Positions 56,741 through 64,000 of a stretch of 64,000 nt of DNA are shown here, one piece after another. The stretch comes from the human T2T-CHM13v2.0 reference genome, Homo sapiens: NCBI RefSeq assembly GCF_009914755.1, contig NC_060929.1; one strand, written 5' to 3'. The first letter of the stretch is position 1. Each line of letters opens with the position of its first letter. The notes beneath the pieces are model-generated. The model was not told where the DNA came from and made no database searches. It saw nothing but the letters and a program-made list of their open reading frames with translations. A program made the translations under genes and the position numbers.

Positions 56741-56899
56741 CTCCATCCCACCTTTCTTTAATAAAAAGTTGTTCATCAAGGGAAAAAAAAAAAACCTGTT
56801 ACAGAAATATAAGAAATAAAAAAACAAACTTCCTATAGAAAACCCATGCCATGATTTGTGGAATCACTTTGGCTCTGATGGCTTCAGGGCCTCCACATC

Positions 56900-57040
56900 A
56901 GTGGATAGTGGATGGGTGGATAAGTGAATGGCTGGATAGGTAGATGGGTGGGTGGCTGAGTGGCTGGCTGCCTGGCTGAATGGGTGGGTGAATGGGTGGA
57001 TGGGTGGATGGATGTTTGGCTGGTTGCCTGGGTGGATGAA
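56900..57040. repeat. (TGGA/TGGG/TGGC)n tetranucleotide tract, copy 1
   Basis: GTGGATAGTGGATGGGTGGATAAGTGAATGGCTGGATAGG... Confidence 0.9.
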
Positions 57041-57654
57041 AACTAAGGACAAGTAGAGAAAATAAATATTTAAGATCACCCAAGGGAAATCAACTCATGT
57101 TAAATAAACTCAGATCTCTAAGCTATGTGCCAAGTGAACAATATAGACTAGTAACTTACCAACTCACTTTTCAAATGGGAAATTTCACATAAAAATGGAC
57201 ATTTCCATGTTTTCCACTTATAGATTATTAGTTAACTAAATACAAAAAAATTAGCTATGTCTGTGAGGATGCAGATAATCCTATGCGAATAGTAGCTGGA
57301 TGCCTGTTGTGAGGCCTATGCATGTTCAGAACTCAGAGCTGACTGCAGGTGTCCACGGGGGTTGGGGGGTAGCAGGTCTCTGCAGTCCTCTCAAGACCTT
57401 CCTGAGGTCCTCCCATCCTTAAAGACTGATTTTAGTTTAAGCTTTGGAAAAAAATTTATCCTAATTGATTTTTCCAGGAAACAATAAAAGTCCATATATC
57501 TGATATTTTTTTCTTACCTCTTAGCGAATGAGGTAAAGTAATAGAATCATTATTTATTATGATTTAAGACACTCAAGCATATTTAATAAATGATGTCACT
57601 TACACTACATGTGCCCTCCAGCCAGACCTTTTATTTTATTTTAACTATGGGATT

Positions 57655-58610
57655 ATTGTCTATGTTGCATGTGCACTTGGACTTGGATTTTTTCCCAGCA
57701 TTTCAAACATCATGTGCTCAGAACTGAACTCTTTGCCTGCCCCCAGCTTTCCCTGTCCCTCTGAATGGCCTTCTCCAGACCCAATTGCATGGGTCAGGCC
57801 TAGGAAGCCATCTTCGAAAGCTCCCTTTCTCTCCACCCTGACATTCCTGGATCCCTGTGACAAGGGACCCAACCCTCAGACTCCAGGGAGTCTGTTCTGT
57901 GTCAGCATCTTCCCGCCTTCCTCAACCTCTCTATTTTAGCTCATCTTCTTACATTGAGTTCTGGCAGTGCTTGCTTTCCAGAACCAGCAGCTATAACCTT
58001 GTCTCCCTCCAGGATATTTTTTGAGGGAGCAGAATTAATTTTTAGATATTGTAGAAATCAAAATTTGAAGGCATTGCTCCAGTACATTGCACTCTTCGGT
58101 TGCTTTTCACTTCACTTTCAGTAAAGTGAAGAACTTTCCACAGTGGACCAGACACAAGGGATCCAGCCTGATTCCCCTGCACCCACAGTCCTCTTCCACT
58201 GCATTGGTACTCACTGGGCCCTGAACTTCAGCAGAGCTGCCTTCCTTCAGTTCCTTAAAAGTGTTAACCTTCTCTGCCATAAGGCATCCCTCATGCTGTT
58301 TCTTCTGTCTGGGATACTCCGCCTCTTGCACTCCAGGGCTCAGCTGTGATGTCACTTTCCTGTCCACCCCAGAGCAACCTTGACCCGGTCTCTGACTGTC
58401 TCTAGATTTTATATGTCTTTTATGTGATGACTTTGTAAGGCCCCACAGTTGCTTTCATAATGTTTATAACCATTGTGATCTCTAACTATGTGTGAACTTA
58501 TATGTCTAATGTCTGCACCTCCACAAACCTCAAAACCCATGAGTTTACTACTGTGTGCATGCCCAGCTTAACACCCGATAATAGAGGGTGCTCGATTGAT
58601 GGATGAATTG
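57655..58610 (+). mobile_element. L2 3' region
   Basis: CAGCATTTCAAACATCATGTGCTCAGAACTGAACTC..., ending ATAGAGGGTGCTCGATTGATGGATGAAT, which runs into the (TGGA)n tract. Confidence 0.65.
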
Positions 58611-58986
58611 AGAGTGGGTGGATGGGTGATTTGGTGAAAGGGTGGCTGGCTGGCTGGCTGGATGGATGATTGGGTGGATAGTGGATGAGTGGATGGGTGA
58701 ATGGCTGGATGGGGTGGATGGGTGGGTGGTTGGCTGGCTGGCTGAATGGTGAATTACTGGATGGGTGGCTGGCTGGCTGAATGGGTGGGTGGATGAGTGG
58801 ATGGATGTTTGGGTGCATGGGTGCATGGCTGGCTGGATGGCTGGATGGTTGGGTGGATAGTGGATTGGTGGATGAGTGAATGGCTGGATGGGTAGATGGG
58901 TGGGTAGCTGGGTGGATGGCTGGCTGAATAGCTGGGTGAATGGGTGGATGGGTGGATGGTTGGATGGATGGATGGATGGGTGGATA
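58595..58986. repeat. (TGGA/TGGG/TGGC)n tetranucleotide tract, copy 2
   Basis: About 390 bp of GGAT/GGGT/GGCT units. Confidence 0.92.
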
Positions 58987-60229
58987 AAAACTGAGGAGAC
59001 TTTAGAAGAAGCAGAGAAAATAAATATTTAAGATCACCCAAGGAAATCAAACTTAACCAAGTGGAAACTTAGAGAAAGACAATTCACATTTGCTCAGTTA
59101 ATCTAGATGTAATCTATGTTCTTCTTTTATTCTCTCTTTTCTTTTCTTTTTTTTTTTCACAAATTGAAACAATTGCTTTTTGGAAGCTTGACAATATTTT
59201 TTGGGGGAATAGTGTAAGAAAACGCAAGAGCTTAATTATTTAGAAAACATAATTTCTATTTAATAAATAAATATCTGCAGGTACTGATCTGGGCGTGTAA
59301 TCCAAGCATTCAGAACCTTCATTTCCTTGCTGATGCTGGAGGAAACAGTGAGTGTGGAAAGCCAGTTTCCATCCATCCCTGCGCCTGCATGAGCAGCGCA
59401 AATGCAGGGCACCCTGCTCTTCTCCCAGAGCTGTCACTCCTGCATTATCACGCCAGCCACAGTTCAGATCCTTATCACCTACTTAGGCTTGCCATGTTTT
59501 CATCTCTTACTTAGACATATTTTTTCCCCTTGGGGGATAGCAAAGGGCATCTTCAGGCACCCTTACCTCTCATATTGAATTGTGAATTTGTCGTGGTGGA
59601 TTAAATTAATCAAAATGGCCTTAGAAGAAAAATCCCCATGTGTGCGTACCGAACTCAAATAATTTCTGTCAATTTTAAAATATAGACACTTCTTTCTGTA
59701 GACCATTCTCACCTGCTGTTTTCGTATATCATGCAGTGGAATGTGCATTTATCCCAATCCTTGGTGGCCTGAACTTAAGCTACTGTTTAAATTTATACCT
59801 AGGCAGTAAAGCAAGGATTAGAAAAATACCATCAGGAGTGGAAATGGGTCAGATTTAAGTGACTTGTTTTCAGTAGGACAAAACATTTAGAGAACTGTAA
59901 AACTAAAAAAAAATTTTATCATCAAGCTTTAAAAGATTTTACATTTGGCAAATTTAATAAAAGCTTAGCTGAATAACAAGTGATATTACAAACCTAAAAC
60001 ACGAATATAAAAATAATTTGCCAAATTAAAAAATGAATTAATTTGTTCATTTATTATTGAAATAGCTCAATGAACACTTGCATTAGTACTTTGATCCACA
60101 GCCACTTCCTTTAGCAGCAAAAGAAGAATTAACCAATAGAATAACATATGGAAGAAAGGTTTAAAAGATATTTGCTATCAAACAGAAAGATATTTTTAAT
60201 TTTCTCCATCAAAATTTGTAGAATTTTAT

Positions 60230-60870
60230 ACTTATATTTTATTTTAGAATTTGAAAGTTTCTAAAGATAAAAATGACCTTCTCTTTACTAATTTGAAATC
60301 AATTAATATTTATTATGGTAGTAATGGAGGCACACACAAAAATAAGGTAAAATCACCCACTGTCTTTTCATACATATTTCCCCCATCCCAAGACTAGGAT
60401 TATAATTTATAGATTTTCACTTAACAAATGGACATTTTCCTATGTTTAAATAATTTTTAATGACCTTAAGATGTACACTGTATCATCTAATAAATCACTA
60501 GCTAGTGTTCACGTTCTTTTCTATATAAACAACAGTGAGATGAACATCTTTAGAGCTCTGGTCTTGAACCCATGATTAACAAGCTCTTTATGAAAATTCC
60601 TAAAAACTGAATTGCTTGTACAACAGTATTTACATTTTTCAAAAATTTGATACATTTTGTCTAATAGTCCTCCAAAAAGGTTGCCCTAATTTCTACATTT
60701 AAGCACTGTAAATGGGTATTCCCACTAATCCCTCAACCTCATCATCAATGGAATTTGTAATCTCTGTAAACTCTGAAAGTTGATTGGAAAATAATGAAAA
60801 CAAAATGTATTTGTTCTTTCCTGACATCATTGACCATTTGAATATCTTTTATTAATTTCTATTGTTTATC
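60230..60870 (-). mobile_element. Old L1 (L1ME-like) remnant
   Basis: TATAAACAACAGTGAGATGAACATCTT..ATTCCTAAAAACTGAATTGCT..TTTGATACATTTTG..CCTCCAAAAAGGTTG resembles the antisense L1ME 3' region. Confidence 0.65.
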
Positions 60871-60999
60871 ATTTTTTAAATATTATGGGTGCTGACCGAA
60901 AGTAAACACATACACACACACACACCCCATTTGACTATTGCAGTTATTAGCACCTTACTTCTCTTCTGCATCTCTAACATATTCCTAATATCTAAATAA

Positions 61000-62940
61000 G
61001 TGCATGGACCTTCAGCTACATCTAAGACAGAAAAATTAATATTAGACTTATTCTCTGGCAATAAACAGAAAATAAAATGAAATTAGAGGAACTTTGTAAG
61101 ACAAATGTCAGCAGATATCAGACTTTAACCAGTGTAGGTACGTAAGGATTTGAGAGGAGCAGAGCACAGGTGGGACCTCACATTGATGCCAGCATTCCCC
61201 CTGAGGGCACCTTCCAAACTCTTGGTGCAGAGGACAGAGCCCCAGCAGAGAGCAGTGGTCTTGCAGGGTGACATCCATAGGGAATAAAGATGGGGAATGC
61301 TAAGGCAGCTGTGACCTCTCAGGGCAGCCTACTAGAAGAGATGGTACTACAGAGAAGCATTCTCCAACAGAATTTGGGGGACTTTGACCAACTCCAACTG
61401 CAGGCAAGACTCCAGAGGAACTGGCAGGGAACCACAAATGGGAGGCTGAGAGCTGAGCAAGCATCTCCATCCTGGAGAAACATTATGATGTGCCTGGCCA
61501 GAGTGGAAGGGTTACAGAGTTGAGACTTTAGGAAGCCTGTGACCCGGTGGTGCAGCCCTGCACCATGCGCAACACTGAGTACTGTATCTTCAGAGGAAAG
61601 ACAACCATGACCCAGCAGTGCATTCCTGCACTGCACACAGCTCTGAGTGCTGTGTCTTGGAAGGACAGGCAAAATGGAAATAGACCTATTGTCACTAAGC
61701 TGAAACTAAGTTTCAAAGGTGACCTGCTGGTAATGTAACAACAAAATCAAAATCTAAAGCTCCCTTCAGGAAACCAAAACCCAAACCAAAAAAAGCACAA
61801 ACTAAATTTTAGCATCTACAATGGCTCATACACAGATTCTTACACATAGTCAGAAATCATTACACAGAGAAGCAGAAAAAAATGTTTGACCATGAAGGGA
61901 CAAAATAATCAACAGAAGCAGACTCAGCATAATCCAGATACTAGATTAGTCAGAAAAAGTCTTCAAAATAAATATGCTAAGTTAAAGATGTTGGAGAAAA
62001 GAACAAAAATGAATGAAAATATGGAGAATGTTAAAAAATAAAGTACATAAAAAGAGTCAGATGGACATTTTTGAACTTCCCAATACTGTCTTAGTCCTTT
62101 CAAGTTGCAATCACAAAATTGAGTGTCTTGTAAACAACAAGCATTTGTTTTCATAATTCTGGAGGCTGCGAAGTCCAAGATCAAGGCATCATCAGATTCA
62201 GTGTCTGGCAAGGGGTCATTCCTCTTAGATGACACCTTGTAACTGTGTCTTCATGCAGTAGAGGGTGAACAAGCTCCTTTGGGCCTAATTTATAGGGATA
62301 CTAACCCTTTATGAGGCTGGATCCCTCATAACCTTCACAAAAGCCCCACCTCCTAATACCTTCATTTAGGAGTTAGGATTTCAACATAGGAATTTTGAGG
62401 ATACACAGCATTCAGATCACATAAAATACAATAACTAAAATATGAAAAAGAACTCAATGGCTAGGTTTAGTAGAAGATTGAACACAAGGGAAAATAGAAT
62501 TAATGAGCTAAAAAACAGATCAACATAAATATCTATATTCAAACACTGAGAGATAAAAGAAACAAAAACAAAGCAAGCATAGCATGTGAGTTATATGAGA
62601 CATTGGAAAAGGGTCTAGCACACATACCAACAGACTATGTGCATATATTTTGCATTTGTGTGTGTTTATCTGGGAGTATGATTTAACAAGCTCATTCTTA
62701 AACTTACATGAAAATGAAGAAAGATGAGGAATAGTCAAGGCATTCTTGAAAATAAAGTAGGAGAACTTGTTCTACTTGATACTAGGAATTATTCTGAGGC
62801 CAGAATAGTTCAAATGATTTAATATTAGTGCAAGTACAAATAGATCAATGGACCAGAATAAGGAGATTAAAAACAAATCTACACATGCACCGACAGTTGA
62901 TTTACAACAAAGATGGCACCACAGAACTATAGAGGAATGT
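61000..62940 (+). mobile_element. Ancient L1M remnant (5'UTR/ORF1 pieces joined to late ORF2), interrupted by MLT1A0
   Basis: ORF1-like AATCAACAGAAGCAGAC..ATCCAGATACTAGATTAG and AACTCAATGG..GAAAATAGAATTAATGAGCT. ORF2-like ACAAGCTCATTCTTAAACTTACATGAAAA and ATAGATCAATGGACCAGAATA. Confidence 0.65.
62087..62424 (-). mobile_element. MLT1A0-like solo LTR
   Basis: TGTCTTAGTCC..TTCTGGAGGCTGCGAAGTCCAAGATCAAGG..GCCCCACCTCCTAATACC..CATTCAGA. 5-bp TSD AATAC at 62082-62086 and 62425-62429. Confidence 0.9.
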
Positions 62941-64000
62941 TCATGTTTTACTCAGTTACACTTCAAGGCATTGGGGTTGGGGAGATCAAAACTTGTGCAA
63001 TGGGGTCTTCTCTTTTCCATTAACAATAATTCCAGTTATCTCCACCAACCGTCTGTTTCTTTCTTTTCTTTTCTTTTCTTTTTCTTTTTTTTGTCATTCT
63101 TTCTGCCAGGTGTCTATGTCTGGGAGTATGATATTTCCCTTGAAGGATCTCCTAAAATATGGCATTTGGAATATCTAGTGCCCATGTGGTTGTGGAATGA
63201 CTGCTTCTTGTGATTGTAGAAATAGATGCTTCTTGTAGTCCAAGCTCAGCTGCGTGGCTCTCCGGAGAAACTTTCTTGCCCATGCACACAGACCTTTTCC
63301 ACTCATCTGCAGGAAGGTGCCCCTCACAGACATCACTCACTAGCACACTGGTCACAGAACACTCCCCAAATTGTTCCACATTGAATATCAGACATAATTC
63401 TGATTAGTGAAGATTATCTCTTTAGAGATCAGATTTGATTTTCACGTTTCCAGTGTCTCCCACTGCTTCACTCGTATTTTCCTTCCATTGCTGCATTCAA
63501 TGCTTTCTCCCTAAGGTCTTGAATCCCATGCAATACTTTTGCCCTGTTGCCCTGTAAATAAAATCCATCTTCTTCATGTGCTACCTCAAAGCCCATTTCC
63601 CTGGAACACACAACTGATTCATGTGTGCTATATCACTTTGCTCAACTGAAGGTATTAAATGATCATGGCGTGACAAATACCATGTTATAGTAAAGAAAAT
63701 GCTACAGGAACATTCCACATTAACTGTTTGTCTACAAAGCCTTCTTCAAACAGTGTCTGGGATAGGCCACTTGCAGTGAACACTTGCTAGTTTGGTACAA
63801 ACATCCAACCCCCTTCTCAGAATCAGCATAATGTCTTGTGGGAAATTATCTCTGTCTTCCAAGATGAGTAGCCCCTGTAGGGGAATGACAAATACAAAAG
63901 GGGCCAGCTGTGTCCTCTTACTGTCTTGAGATGGCCACATGATCATGGCGATAGTCACGTGATCTGAGCTCAGCCAATGAGATCCTTCTGGGACTTTGCA

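Overview
This window is primate, most likely human or great-ape, non-coding genomic DNA, not prokaryotic. It carries 13 Alu SINEs (AluJ, AluS, AluY), a full-length THE1 (MaLR) element with both LTRs, solo LTRs of LTR7/HERV-H, THE1B/C and MLT1A0, and old L1, L2 and MIR remnants. Tandem repeats include a 48-bp minisatellite (about 11 copies), a 1.6-kb G-free (CACATC/CACACT)n array with an internal ~410-bp duplication, and purine, pyrimidine, AT-only and (TGGA)n tracts. I cannot support any protein-coding exon, tRNA, rRNA or CRISPR array: the long ORFs in the track are repeat artefacts. I could not name the locus; it looks intergenic, deep intronic or lncRNA-bearing. I found no convincing novel biological system. 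The best follow-up leads are regulatory or structural: the intact LTR7 solo LTR, the motif-bearing 48-bp VNTR, the higher-order hexamer array, a duplication of microsatellite plus unique flank about 1.96 kb apart, and an inverted Alu cluster. Repeat subfamily calls come from recalled consensus sequences and need RepeatMasker/Dfam confirmation.
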